Source of the DNA: the human T2T-CHM13v2.0 reference genome, Homo sapiens
DNA: 64,000 bases
Direction: 5' to 3' (one strand)
NCBI RefSeq assembly: GCF_009914755.1
Contig: NC_060940.1
Position numbers and translations under genes: made by a program. Every line of letters begins with the position of its first letter. Position 1 is the stretch's first letter. Shown here one piece after another: positions 16,689 through 32,118 of this stretch. Under the pieces are notes generated by a model. It made no database searches, was not told the DNA's origin, and saw nothing but the letters and a program-made list of their open reading frames with translations.

Positions 16689-17119
16689 TTTTAAACAAGG
16701 GAATAATTTAATTATTTTAATCAAAATGCTAGGAAACTTACTGTATTTTCATGGAGGAATTATTTCTGGAACTAACTCTTCAAACCTGTTTAACTCTTGG
16801 ATCAATTTTCTGCATAGCATACTTAAACTGCTTCCAATTATTTTCTATTTTCTTTCTGCTGAAATTATTTATATATGGATCTATTTCACAGCAAAGATTT
16901 CACTCTTATTATAGAAACAAGCAATGATTTTGATAAGAACATCACCAGAGCTGGCCAGACCAGTCTTATATCTACAAACAGGAGATGTATCTTTATGCCA
17001 AAACCTAACACCTCATATAAATAGTTCGTTCTTTCTTATGTCCTCATCCTTTTCTCCTTAAACTTCTTTATGCTTTTTTTTTTCCTGATCTTTTTGTTTT
17101 CTTCTCAGGTTTTCTATAA

Positions 17120-17670
17120 GTCAAATCTGTCTGTTTCCAAGGAAATAATGCCAACTCAAAATCATACAGTAAATATTGGAATGTATTATTTTATAACTAG
17201 CTTCAAGTACAGCTGGATTCAGCGACTTAAATAATGTCATGGGCATCCAGGACTGCCTTCTATTTCTCTGAGACATGCTTTATTTTCTCTCAAACAGTTA
17301 CTTTACAGATGGAGCCCTCTCCATGTGGTGGGTCATAGCAGCACATAGATGTATATTTTACCACCTAGCAACTGCAGAGAAAAAAAAAAAAGAAAAAAGA
17401 AAAGGAAAAAAGCATCTTCCTTTCAAACTTTCTGGCAAACATTGCAGGACCAAGTCTGTCTTTGGGTCATACACCCACACATAAGCCAATTATTTAGCCA
17501 CGCGGATGTAAGTCCCTGACTGGCTAGTTCATTCTTCACGGCAAGGGGTACAGCCAAGCCCTCCTAGTACCATATCAGTTTAAAATAAGGAAGTGATTTT
17601 CCTATAAGAAAAATACAGCTATTAATAACAAAATAAGTGGGAACAGATGCTGGGCAGTGACGGCTACAGT
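17120..17670 (-). mobile_element. MLT1 LTR fragment
   Basis: gcttcaagtacagctggattcag...aatgtcat...agccaattattt...ctgactggc...agatgctgggcag. Confidence 0.6.
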
Positions 17671-18662
17671 TCCTGAGCCCGTAACAGCTTTCTATCCACA
17701 GCTCCCTGATTTCCCTTCACAACTGTATTTCTTCAGCTATGGCTTACACTTGGCCTTTTGGTCATCTTGCTTCCTAGAGTTCTAGTTCACTCCTCACTGG
17801 GTCCAGTATTTCTTTGTTCTCCAACCTTAATAGGGGACCTCATTACAGGATTCACCTGAGACCTAGAAGTAAGATCCAGATTTTAAAAAAATCTACAGAT
17901 GGGGTTGGTTGCCAAAACAGCCACCTCTAAGTCTCTAGTTGGAGGGAGAGTTTCTCTTTCTCCATCCCCTGCAGCCTCAAATTGCTGGGCCAATGCTTAA
18001 TTCAGATGCTAGAATCCACTGTAAGCCAAAACAAGAAATGGAGAATAAATCCCCTCATTAAATCCGTGTTCAGTGGGGTATGTGCATAATTCATCCCAAC
18101 ACCATCAAATATAAATGTTCCAGCATCAGGGAAAATGGAGCCAGCACCACAAAAGTCTGAGCCCACTTACAGGGAGATGTCAGGAAGAGACGAGCCTTGC
18201 AAGAACCTTCTCAGAGCAGTAATGAGATCTGGCGCCAGAGTGTTTCCACCAAGGATCCTAGATGAGGACATGCTCAAAAGTGGTGCTTCCCTCAGCATAT
18301 TTGTGGGCATCTGCATGTTTATAAACTCAGCTCCACATTCCTTCTGAGCTGGTGCTGGGCTGCCAGAGCTTCTGAAGTATATGGAATGAAGGTTTCCTGG
18401 GCTGTGGATTACACTGGTAAATTGCATGCAGGGAGTGTCAGCTCCAGCTGTCCAGCTCTGCTCAACTGCCGAAAGCATCATCTACAACCTGTAGCTTCAA
18501 CTCCAACTAGCTCCAGAGCCAGAACTAACCATAGTGGGAAGAGCTATTGGGAACCCTTTTGTTCCCAAGCCTATCATGTAGAGATAAGGAGCTGATGACC
18601 TAAGGGACAGTTTTCCTACTAAGTGGAACGCTTACTATGCACCTCACCAAAATTACAGATGC

Positions 18663-18953
18663 AGCTGGGCATGGTGACTCATGCCTCTAATCCCAGCACT
18701 TTGGGAGGCTAAGGCGGGCAGACCACCTAAGGTCAGGAGTTCAAGACAAGCCTGGGCAACATGATGAAACCCCGTGTCTACAAAAAATACAAAAATTAGT
18801 TGGGTGTGGTGGTGTGTGACTGTAGTCCCAGCTACTTGGGGGGCTGAGGTGGGAGGATCACCTGAGCCAGGGAGCTCAAGGCTGCGGTGACCTGTGATCA
18901 TGCCACCGTACCCCAGCCTGGGTGACAGGGTGAGACTCTGTCTCAAGAAAAAA
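18663..18953 (+). mobile_element. AluJb-like
   Basis: Full dimer; TSD aaaattacagatgca / aaaattacaaatgca. Confidence 0.95.
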
Positions 18954-19079
18954 TTACAAATGCATCTGCTCTGTCCTCTGCTCTGAACAACAGCTCATAT
19001 AGCCTTGTGCTTTCTGATCTCTTTCCAGAGAGATTGCCTCTTACTCACTATGGCCAGATCCTAATGATAACTTATAATT

Positions 19080-19263
19080 TCCTCCTTCTCCTCCTTCTTC
19101 TCCTTCCCCTCCTCTCCATTGTCATCATCATCATTACCATCACCATCACCATCATCACCACCATTACCATCACCACCATCATCACCTACACCATTACCAT
19201 CCTCATCACCATCACTATCACCATCACCATCATCATCACTATCACCATCATCATCATCATCAT
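19080..19263. repeat. (CCT)n then (CAT/CAC)n low-complexity tract
   Basis: Direct inspection; source of the poly-Ile/Thr, poly-Asp/Gly and poly-Ser/Pro ORFs. Confidence 0.95.
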
Positions 19264-19345
19264 GGCTACTATTCATTTACAATTTATCATGTACTAGGCA
19301 CTATGTGAAATACTCTGCATGCATAATCTCATTTAGTCTTCAAAC
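19264..19345 (-). mobile_element. MIR 3' portion
   Basis: ggctactattcattt...atgtactaggcactatg...tgcataatctcatttagtcttca. Confidence 0.7.
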
Positions 19346-19429
19346 ATACAAACTCTTCTATTTTTCAAGACTATTGCAACAGCTTCCTAGAATGCTCTTT
19401 AAAAAAAAAAAAGCTGCCACCTAATTATT

Positions 19430-19740
19430 GTCCCTAGTCTCAAGCTAAATATCAATTCTCTTTGGAGAAGACATTCTTGATTACCCCAGTTGTAGAGAGA
19501 CATCATCTGGCCCAGTCACAATCACTTACATTTTTTTATTTTCTCTCACCATAGTTAACATTGTACAAACAGTCGTGATTACTTATTTGTGGATTTGTTT
19601 ATATCAGTCTCCTCTAGCAGAACATAAGCAGTTGGAGGTAGAAGGAAGGAAGATGTTTTCCTTCTTTGCTATATTTTCATAGCCCATAGGAATATTTTGA
19701 ACAAAGTCGGTACTCAAAAGGTATCTGTGGAATGCAAGAG
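19430..19740 (+). mobile_element. L2 3' fragment
   Basis: tcagtctcctctagcagaacataagc...ggtactcaaaaggtatctgtggaatg. Confidence 0.65.
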
Positions 19741-20238
19741 CAACTCTATGTTGAAGGCAATAGTATAATCCCCATTTTATTGTTAACAAAACTGAAGTGC
19801 AGACATTATATATAATCAAATAGTTACCCCAGGTTTCATGGAAGAAAGACCTTAGTACTAAGTTAGGGAGTGGTTATTACTATTCATTGCAGGTTTCCCC
19901 AGTAGTAGAGCCCCAACCCATCATGCTGCCAAAACACTTCTTTCCACTCTTTTGGAATAGCTACTCTATCTTGGATCAGTGCCAAGTTCACCAAAAGCCA
20001 CCGGACTGTGCCCTGGATAACAGTTCATTAGAGCTTAGCTCTCTCAAATAAAATGTAACTGTCCATGTGTTCTCATTCTAACCTAGGCTTGTATCACCAA
20101 TTCTTTCATGTTTATATACTCATTTAGAATACTTGAGGGCACTTGTGGTGTTAGAGGCACTGGCCAGGCACATACTCCTTTCTGGTTATGTCAGTGACAC
20201 CTGACTTTCTGGTAGAGAAAGATATGGCATAGCCAATT

Positions 20239-20620
20239 ACTACTTTTTGAATGTTTGTGCTCCTCAAAACAATTCATGTTGAAACTTAATCCCCAATGAA
20301 ACAATATTAAGGGATGGGGCTTCAGGAGATTATGGAGATTATTAGGCCACAGGGGCTTTGCCCTTATGAGTGGAACTATTGTCCTTTAAAAAGAAGCATA
20401 TAAGAACTAGTGAGGCCCTTCTGTTCTTCACATGTGAGGACACAGCAAGAGTTGCCATCTATGAAGCAGAGGGCAAGCCTTCACCAGACACCAAATCTGC
20501 TGGTGGTGCCTTTACCTTAGACTTCCCAGCCTATGGAACTGTAAGAAATAAATATCTGTTGTTATAAATTGCCCAGTCTAAGGCATTTTTGTTATAGCAG
20601 CAGGAAAGGACTAAGATACC
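20239..20620 (+). mobile_element. MSTD/MLT1A-like solo LTR
   Basis: ttgaatgtttgtgctcc...gttgaaacttaatcccc...caccagacaccaaatctgctgg...gactaagata. Confidence 0.85.
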
Positions 20621-21831
20621 AGGCTTCTGGTTGACAATAGTAATAAAATGTTTAATTGTGTTAAGAAGTAAGAACACTCTGTTTGAGTCTCTGTCATCCC
20701 TTCTTGTCCTGAACACTGGTTTGGTTCTCAAAAATATTGGGGGAGGTGAACTGAATTAAGTTTTACCTAAACTGATTCCAGCTGATTTCTGCCCTATCAG
20801 AGAGATTGAAGAGTTTTTGTGTTATAAGAGTCATGGTATTCACGGTGTTGTTAGAAATTGGAAGATCAGGGTAATAAACAGTAAATATTCCACTTAGTAT
20901 TTAATGTAGAGTGTAATTAGTCAATTCCCTTACAGGTTAAAGGAGCTCATGCGAGTCTAACTCCAATTTACAATGCTGTTCTTTGAGAAAGCCCATTCTT
21001 ATTTCAGAGAGCTAGCTTGCTGAGAAACCCAAGGGACTGTAATGATGCAGGAGCTCTGTCTCCTAGGATTTAAAGATGAGACATTCAGAGATCCCTTAGC
21101 TTGTTTTAAATGGGTTTTAAGAATATGCAGTATCATAAAATGCAAGAGGAATTCATCCATCACCAAGAAGTCACACAGTTCCCCAGCCTCCCTGGTTCAG
21201 ATGCATCTCAGGCTCCTAAGAAGCCAGGATGATTGCCAAACCCTGCTGAGGATAATAACCTGAAGTTTGGAGACCCTGTTCCTTCCCCTGCGCCCTCTGT
21301 ATTTATGCTTCACACAGGAAAAAGGGACTGGATGGGCTTGGTGTCATTCAATGTGAGGTGTTGTCACTAGGGTGAGGCTGCTGAGCTCTGCCATATACCC
21401 TGCACACAAATGCATGGCATTAGGTAAGACACTGTACCTCTGCACCCCAGGTTTCACAAATGTAAAATGAGGATAATATTATCCTCTAGCTCATAGTGCT
21501 GTTGTGACAGAAAAAAAAAAAAAAAAGTGTGTACGACAACCCCAGCACTATACCTGTTGCATGACAAACATCCATTAAGTGGAGGCCACTGTTATACCAT
21601 CTTTTCTCCTCTGTGGTTAGTTTTCCTGCCTAAGAGTACACCCAAGGTCATTGTGGGGATCAATGAGATTGCATCTGTGAGTGTACTTGATTGTGCTCAT
21701 GAAAGTCGTGTCTTGATTTTGCTAAGAACATCCTTGGAGAAGATCTAGCCCCTGTCCTTCTCCTCACTTCACCTCCCAGCACTCCCTCTTACATTCTACA
21801 ATCTATCCACATCAAAATTATTCCATGTCAT

Positions 21832-22124
21832 GGCCAGGAGCGGTTACTCACGCCTGTAATCTCAGCACTTTGGGAGGCCGAGGCGGGTGGATCACCTGAG
21901 GTCAGAAGTTCGAGACCAGCCTGGGAAACATGGTGAAACCATGTCTCTACTAAAAATACAAAAATTAGCCGGGTATGGTGGCACGTGCCTGTAATCCCAT
22001 GTACTTGGGAGGCTGAGGCAGGAGAATCCTTGAACCCAGAAGGCAGAGGTTGCAGTGAGCAGAGATCATGCCTTTGCACTCCAGCCTGGGTGACAGAGCA
22101 AAACTCCATCTCAAAAAAAAAAGA
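21832..22124 (+). mobile_element. AluSx-like
   Basis: Full dimer; perfect 16-bp TSD aaaattattccatgtc (21814-21829, 22125-22140). Confidence 0.97.
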
Positions 22125-22441
22125 AAAATTATTCCATGTCTTGAACATGCTGTCCTGTTAGTCATTTTCATGCAACTGTGCATGATGTTCTTGCTGCCTT
22201 GATCACTAGCTGCTCCTGCACAGTACCCCATACCTCACCTCTCATTTGATAATTCTGTATTTTTGGGGTCTCTCCTTACCTGGCACTCACTTCAGAGTCT
22301 TCTCCAGCTTCCCTAAACCACTTAGGTGTCCCTGCTATGACTCCTTCAAGTCCCATATGCGAGCTTAGTGCCTTTCCAGCTGTTCATACTTCTTTCTTCC
22401 TGAAATTCCTCTACTTCAATTTGTCCAAAGATATTTTGAAA

Positions 22442-22628
22442 TTAGGATTGCTAAGTTTACCAAATACAAATTTAAGATACCTAATTAAATTTGAATTTCA
22501 AATTCAAATTGGTAAAGAATGATTAATTTTTTAGTATAAAATTACCAAGTATTAAAAATAAATATTTGTTGTTTATCTTGAAATTTAAATTTAACTGGGC
22601 ACTCTGTTTATTATCAGTGAATCTATCT
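22442..22628. mobile_element. MER53 (palindromic hAT-type MITE)
   Basis: aggattgc...taattaaatttgaatttca...tttttagtata...ttgttgtttatcttgaaatttaaatttaactgggcactctg matches both arms of MER53. Confidence 0.8.
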
Positions 22629-22760
22629 GAAATGCTTGTTTACCTTCAAAGGAGCTGGATGTCTCACTGCTAGAAATGGGGCTCATCCGCCTTAGGAAGT
22701 CAGGCTGAAAGTCAGTGACAACCACAAAACCTAGTTCTTCCTGAATTTACCATCAGGAAA

Positions 22761-23100
22761 TTGTTTTTTGTTTTTTGTTATTGTTGTTGTTGAGACAGTC
22801 TCTTGCTCTGTTGCCCAGGCTGGAGTGAAGTGGAGTGATCATGCCTGACTGCAGCCTCAACTTCCCAGTCTCAAGTGATCCTCCCACCTCAGCCTCCCAA
22901 GTAGCTGAAACTATAGCCACTCACCACGATGCCCGGCTCATGGTTTTTTGTTTGTTTGTTTTGTTTTGTTTTGTTTATGCTTTGTAGAGATGGAGTAACA
23001 CTATGTTGCCTAGGCTGGTGTTGAATTCCTAGGCTCAAGCAATCTTCCCATCTTGGCCTCCCAACATGTTGAGATTACAGGCCTCCCACTGTGTCCAGCC
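22761..23100 (-). mobile_element. AluJ
   Basis: Antisense dimer with expanded linker. Confidence 0.93.
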
Positions 23101-23839
23101 ATCACACCATTGTTGGAAACAAAACCAGAGGCTTGTTCTTGTCAGCCATTGAAATAATTGTAATCCAACAAATAGAGCTGTGGTTCATCTCCAAGATCCA
23201 ACCACTTTAAGGGTGCACTCCCAATGCCATCTTGGTTCAGGCTTTAAGCAAGACAAGGCTTCCCTGAATGCTAATCTCCTGCATATGCTCTATGGCAAAA
23301 CAGGACTAGACTAAGACAAACTGTTGTAGCTAGCACCTTAGGGACTCAAAACCACCATGTACTTTCAGACTAGACAACGGTTTTGTAATTTCCATTTCCG
23401 AGGTAATTTTATCTCAAGAGCACCATTATCTTTTCAGCTACCTGACCTTGGTAATGAACATCTTGACAGGTTTAATTAAATTTGAATTTCAAGAGAAGTA
23501 TTTGGTTGTTGCAAACCCATTTTTTCACCAAAAGACAGGATATTATTAAAATTTCCCACTTTCTCCTCAACATCCTGAAGCTCCTTATAATAGTTATTTT
23601 AAAGTTCTGTGTCAAAGGATCCCACTACAGATGTTTGCTAAATGAATAAATAGGATACAGAAAAATGCATGTATTCAACATCTACTGTAAGGCAATGGGC
23701 CAAGTGCTTTGTATCTCATTTAAATTTCACAGGAACACTATTGGGTCAGAGGTAATTTTCACAGGCTTAGGGGAGAAAACTGAAGCATAAAGAGGTTAAG
23801 TAAATAGCCTGAGTTCATCTGGGTAGTGTAACACTTTGG

Positions 23840-24225
23840 ACTTTTAAAGCATTGTGGGAGGAGTATATTTCCTCACCCCATTGATTTTGGACTCGGTTAT
23901 GTAACTTACTTTGCCTGGAGATATTCATAGATGGGACCCAAAAAGAGGCCTTAAGTATGCCTGTGTGCTTTGGCTTGGCTCTGATGCTCTGGAAATTTGC
24001 CATGCAAACAGGCCCCACTAGCTGTTGAGATAAGAAGATGAGACACGTAGTGCTGAGTAAACCCAAACTCTCACCAAAACCAAGCCTAGCTCACTGGTAG
24101 CCTGGTGCAGAGTCACCCAGCTGAACTAAGTCTACATGGGCTGAACTTCAGTTGCCTCACAGACCTGGAACCCATTGAGATTCCAAGGTTGTGTTTTCTA
24201 AGGAACAAAAGCCAATTATTGCAGC
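23840..24225 (+). mobile_element. MLT1F/G-like LTR
   Basis: tatatttcctcaccccattgattttggactcggttatgtaacttactttgcc...ccattgagatt... Confidence 0.65.
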
Positions 24226-25029
24226 TAGGAAATCACATTTCCCAGATCTCAACCCATAACATCTGAATCTGTGAGCTCATCCATAACTCACCCCCGGAGC
24301 ATGGCAAGCTCCATCTGTCAGATAGAGAGTGCTAAACCCACAGGCTCCTGATTTCAGAGACGCCGGAAACTTGCAGAGTGAGGGAGAGCCTCTAAGGAAT
24401 TCTCCAGGCAGAGCTTTGGTGTAGGAAACAAGATCCTTAATATTTATTTCCCTGGAAAAATCAAAGGCCTTGATGCTGGCTTTGGAGAAATCAGGAGTTG
24501 CACATTGTCACAGTCATAAAATTCATCCCTCACCTTTGCCTCCCTGAGTTCTAGCAGGAATTGTCAAGGATGCCTTCAGGACTGTTTGCATTGTAAGATG
24601 ACATGAGTATGAACAGGAGGCTCCGGGGACCTACACTCTCCAGAAGCCTCCATAGGCATCTCGTGCTTCAGGGTGAGTCCTGGAATGTCACAACACTGCT
24701 GGATGTGGTTCAGCTGTGAAATGTATTGCAAATAAATTGTTACCAATGGTGAAAAGCACACAGCTCTTTGAAAACAGGACTGTACCACACAGTTTAACAT
24801 GGATTCTCGAAGCAAAAACTTAATTGGACCCTTGCCTCTCACCCAATTCTTAGTTGTGGATTTCTGCATCCGGAAGTAATCTGAGGTCATGCTTCTACCT
24901 ATGAATGAATGAAAATTACCTCCAATGTGCTAATCTTGTCCTATGGGAGGTCAATGGACTCACCAAAATTTCCAAGAGTTAATATTGTGAGAGGGACTTG
25001 TGGCTTTGCTTTTTCATTGCCGTGGGTTT

Positions 25030-25640
25030 TTATATTTATAGTCATTTTCTAATTATGGCCTAACTTAAATACAGTCAATTTACTATTTTTAGTTGTATAG
25101 ATCTGTACGTTTTGACAAACATTGCATGTGTATATATAGCATAACCACCACCATTATCAAGATAGAAAATAGCTCAAGCACCCCCTAAAAATTTCTTCTG
25201 ACCCTTTCTATAAAACTGGTCATCCCAACCCCAAACTATAGAAACTACTGATTTGTTTGGCCTAATACTTTTGCTTTTTCCAGAATGTCGTATAAGTTGA
25301 ATGTAACCTTTTGAGTCTGTCTTCCTTCACTTGGCATGATGCATTTGAGATTCATCTTGCTAATGCGTGTATCCATAACTTGTTCCTTTTTAATTGCTGA
25401 CAGTAATATTTAATTGTATGGAAATGCCACAACATGTTTATCCATTTATCAGTGCAAGGACATGTGGATGATTTCCAGGTTAAGGTGAATATGGATAGAA
25501 CCAACATAAATATTCGTGTACAGATTTGTTTCTGTGAATTTAAGTCTTTAGTTCTCTTAGGTAAATATCTAGGAGAGGGATTGCTGGTTCCTAGAGTAAA
25601 TGCATATTTGACTTCAAAAGAAACTGTAGTACATCTGCAG
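25030..25640 (-). mobile_element. Old L1M 3' UTR fragment (antisense)
   Basis: taaccaccaccattatcaagataga...cttccttcacttggcatgatgcatttgagattcatc...ggtaaatatctagg. Confidence 0.85.
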
Positions 25641-28120
25641 AATAGCGGAGTAAAGAACTCCAAATTCCACTCATCTGTAGAAGCAACAAAACCCCCCAAA
25701 AAACCTATGAGAATCAACTTTTTTTGGAACTCTGGAAAATAACCAAAGGCTTGCAGAAAGCTGCAAAGTGCTTATTCAAAAAACAAGCAAACACACTGAA
25801 ACCAAAGAACAATGCTCATTGTAAGTAAGAACAGTAAACTTAGTCTTGACAGTAGCTGTGAAAATAAGGCCACATTCCTGATACTAAAGAGAGAAGAGAC
25901 ATCATTAGCAAAGAATTGTAATTAATTATTTGTTCTTACCTGTCTAGTGGCTCTGTGGGACCAATTCAAAACTCCTGTCTTTATAGAGCCAGCCTCCTGC
26001 TAAATCTGCTTTTGAGAGGGGAAGGGATTTGTCAAAAACATTTATAAGCTAGTGTCTTAGGTTAGGTTGCTGCTGCTTGAGGCAATAGATAACAGCGTGG
26101 CAAATAATAACGCCAACTAAAAATCTTGAGAATAAAGGTAGAGAGATGACATGTCCTTAAGGACTTTGAAAAGTTCCAACATATTTCTGGAAATCTGGAA
26201 GGCTGCATATACACAGCTCAGGGCCGTGTACCTACTCAGAAAAGATTTGAGAAGGCCCTCAACTCTCACCTTAAGGATCTGCAGAAACAATCAGTAAATG
26301 GTGAGGTAGAGTTGTAAACTTCCTGACTGTCAAAGGTGTGTACCCTCCACCCCAAGAACCACTTGGCAAAGACAAATAATTTTTAGTTCAGGCATTTAAG
26401 AAAAACTCTGTTCAACCATTAGCTGACCACTAACCCAATGGAACAGAGACTTCAGGGGCCACACATAACAAAGAATATAAACTTTCCAGAAGTAATTCAT
26501 TAAATAGCATCAGCAATAAGCAGCAACAACAACAAACCCTGGGGAGAGGAGAGAATCTGATTTTCCCAGATGACGCATTATAATATCCAAAATTCCAGTT
26601 TTCAACAATAAAAAAAATTACAAGACATGCAAAGAGACAAGAAAGTATGGCTCATACATTGGGAAAAAACAAATCAATAGAAATTGTGCTTGAGGAGGCA
26701 TAAACGTTCACCTCTCTAGACAAGAATTTGAAGTCAGCTATTTTAAATATATCAGTGATCTAAAGAAAATGTGGCCTAAAGAAAAAAGGAAAGTATGAGA
26801 ATGATGCTTTACCAAATTGAGATTATCAATAAATAAATTGAAATTATAAAAAGGAAACTAAAAATTTTGGAGTTGAAAAATACAATAATTAAAATGAAAA
26901 TTCACTTCTTCAGTGAATTTATACTCTTAAAGAGTATAAATCTAGGATTTATATTATCACTTAGACAATAATAGAATAGAATTAAAAATAAATGACAGAA
27001 AGGAAACTAAAAAATTTATAAATATGTGGAAATTAAACAACGTAACCTTAAACAACAAATATATCAAAGAAGAAATGACAAGGGAAATTGAAAATACTTT
27101 GACGAGTATAAAAATATAAACACAAAATAAAATCTGTGAAAGGCAGCAAAAGCAGTGTTCAGAGGGAAATCAACACCTGTAAACACCTACCTTAAAAAAA
27201 GATCTCAAGTCAATAACCTAATCTTCCACCTTAAAAACTGGAAGATAATGAGGAAAAGGCAAACTAAACTCAAAGCAAAAAGAGGTAAGGAAATAATATA
27301 TATTAGAAGAAAAATCAAGGAAAGAGAACAAAAAATACATATATAGAAGATAAACAAAATGAAAGTTTGTCCTTTGAAAAAATACACAAAATTGACAAAC
27401 TATACTGACCAAGAAAAAAGAAAAAAAGAGGCTACTGATATTACTAAAACCAAGAACAAAAGAGGAGACATTATTACTGACCTAACAGAAATAAGAAGGA
27501 GATTATAAAGGAGTACTATGAACAACTCTGGGCCCACAAATTTAAAGGCTTATATAAAATGGACTAATTCTTTGGAAGACGCAAATACTAAAACTCACAC
27601 AAGGAGAAATAGATAATCTCAATAGGCCTGTATCTATTAAGAAAATTTAATCAATAATCAATAATTCTTCCATAGAGGAAACACCCAGCCCAGATAGTTT
27701 CACTGTTTAATTCGACCAGTCACTTAAGGAAGAAATGATAGCAATTCTCCACAATCTATTTAAAGAAAAATAGCAGAAGCAACACTTCTTATCTCATACC
27801 TTAATACAAAACCAGAAAAATACAAGACAGAAAAACAATAGACTAACATCTCTCGTGATCATAGATGCAGAAATCCTCAATAGAATATTACCAAATTGAA
27901 TCTGACAATGTATTAAAAAAAAACTATTACACAGCACAGCCAAGTAGCATTTAACCCAGGTATGCAAGACTGGTTCCATGTTCAAAAATCAATTAATGTA
28001 ATCCACTACATCAGCAAGCTAAAGAAGAAAAATCACATGATCATATCAATAGAAGCAGAAAAAGCATTTGACAAAATCCAAAACCCGTTCACGATAACAA
28101 TTCTCAGCAAATTGGGAATT
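25640..28120 (+). mobile_element. Old L1M: 5'/ORF1 remnant and ORF2 remnant, many stops and frameshifts
   Basis: atatgtggaaattaaacaac, gcagcaaaagcagtgttcagaggg, ccagcccagatagtttcactg; ORF 27962-28174 reads [17 protein letters not shown]...[16 protein letters not shown] (L1 RT motif). Confidence 0.9.
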
Positions 28121-28660
28121 GAACAGTTAAATAAATGGACAGCAGGTAATGGGAGCTGGGTTTCTCACTGTTGAAGTGGAAATTCACACATCAGCAAGGG
28201 GAGGTGAGAGTTACCTGTGTGGTAATGGGTTAGAGTTAGAGACATCAGTATGAATTTACATTGAGTTTAATGTGGATACACATTACTTCATATAGACATA
28301 ATTACAGATACATGTAAGTGCTCAGGCTAGTGTACACACATTTATTTCGTTGCTCCATTGTCTGAGAGAGCCTAAATGTAATGATACTCCAGGGGCGACC
28401 AGAATATGCAACTAAAGGTAATGTAATATCCTACATGGTACCTTGAAAGAGAAAAAGGACCCCAAATAAAACCTAAGAGGATCTGAATCATATTCATTTT
28501 AGTTCATAATAATGTATGAATATTAGTATTGTAACAAATATACCATAATAACGTAAAACACTAATATTAAAGAGAGGAAATAGGGTATGAGTTATATAAA
28601 ACTATTATCTTTACAGGTTTTCAGTAAATCTAAAACTCTAAATAAAGTCTATTTTTAAAA
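28120..28660 (+). mobile_element. L1MC-type 3' UTR fragment
   Basis: gtggtaatgggttagagttagagacatcagtatgaa...aactaaaggtaatgtaatatcc...gtaaatctaaaact. Confidence 0.7.
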
Positions 28661-28769
28661 CAGAAAGGCAAATATTCCTTGTACAAATTTTAAAAGTAAA
28701 AAAATTGTCTTTCACAGAACAAGAGGTTTTATTTTTTACTTTTAATAAAGTATATTTGATCAATTCTTA

Positions 28770-30360
<1,591 letters not shown>

Positions 30361-30362
30361 TG

Positions 30363-30629
30363 GGTCAGGTGCAGTGGCTCACATCTGTAATCCCAGCCAG
30401 CACTTTGGGAGGCCAAGGCAGGCGGATCACCTGAGTTCAGGAGTTCAAGATCAGCCTGGCCAAGATGGTGAAACCCCATCTCTACTAAAAATACAAAAAA
30501 TTAGCTGGGCTTGGTGGTGGGCACCTGTAATCCCAACTACTCAGGAGGCTGAGGAAAGAGAATTGCTTGAACCTGGAAGGTGGAGGTTGCAGCCTGGGCA
30601 ACAAGAGCGAAACTCTGTCTAAAAAAAAA
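30363..30629 (+). mobile_element. AluSq/Sp-like with an internal right-arm deletion
   Basis: ggaggttgcag|cctgggcaacaagagcgaaactc lacks the tgagccgagat...ctccag segment. Confidence 0.93.
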
Positions 30630-31062
30630 GGGAAGAGTGGTGAAATCACTAGTAGAATTATACACTTAATGTAATATGCTGTGGTCAAAAAAATCTATCA
30701 TTTTTCAATTTTTATTCTAATTACCCCATCTGTTCATCATCCTTCTTTTCTCACTTTCTTCCTTCTTTTAAATGAATCAAATATTTTGTGTTCTATTTGA
30801 TCTTCTTTATTGAGTTATTCTCTCCCTCTTTCTCCCTCTCTCTAGCTTTGTCAACTGGTAATGTAGTTCCATACATATAGTACAAAAACTTGACTACTGA
30901 ATATTTTCATTATTCTCTCTCTGACTTCTGGGCTACTGTGCTATTGTTGCTGAGCATTTTATTTCTACATATGTTAAATACCCCCACAGTAAATATTTTT
31001 TGACATCTATTTACATAATCTTGCATTTTTAGGCTATTAATATAACGTATTACATTATGTAA

Positions 31063-31352
31063 TTTTTTTTTGAGACAGAGTCTTGCTGTGTCGCCCAGGC
31101 TTGAGTGCAGTGACACGATCTGAGCTCACTGCAACCTCCACTTTACGGGTTCAAGAGATTCTCCTGCTTCAGCCTCCCGAGTAGCTGGGATTATAGGCAC
31201 CCGCCACTGCGCCTGGCTAATTTTTGTACTTTTTAGTAGAGATGGGCTTTCACCATCTTGGCCAGGCTGGTCTCAAACTCCTGACCTCGTGATCCACCCG
31301 CCTCGGCCTCCCAAAGTGCTGGGATTATAGACGTGAGCCACCCCACCCAGCC
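31063..31352 (-). mobile_element. AluS (Sc/Sg-like)
   Basis: Antisense dimer, tgacctcgtgatcc. Confidence 0.95.
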
Positions 31353-31360
31353 TATGCGAC

Positions 31361-31695
<335 letters not shown>

Positions 31696-31988
31696 TAATT
31701 GAGAAAGAAATCTTGCCTTCCTAGGATAAGCTCCACTTTATCATGTGCTATCCATTTTATACATCACTGGATTCTGTTTCTTAATATTTTGTTAAGGATT
31801 TTTGCATCCATGTTAATGACAAAAAATTTTGTTTCGTTTTCTTTTTTGTACATATTTTTACATATTTTGCAAACTTTATTATACATGTCTTATATATACT
31901 ACACACTAAAATGACCTTTAGTTTATACAATCCATTATCTTTTACATAAATTAAAAATTTAAGAACACTATATTTTATATTTACTCAC

Positions 31989-32118
31989 TTTTTTTTTTGA
32001 TTAGGTCAGTTTCTCCCTATGTTTCCCTGGCTGGTCTTGAACCCTGCGGCTCAAGCGATCTTACTGCTTTGGCCTCCCAAAGTGCTAGGATTACAAGCAT
32101 GAGCCACCATGTCCAGCC
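31989..32118 (-). mobile_element. Alu left monomer / FLAM
   Basis: Single antisense monomer with poly(T). Confidence 0.85.
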
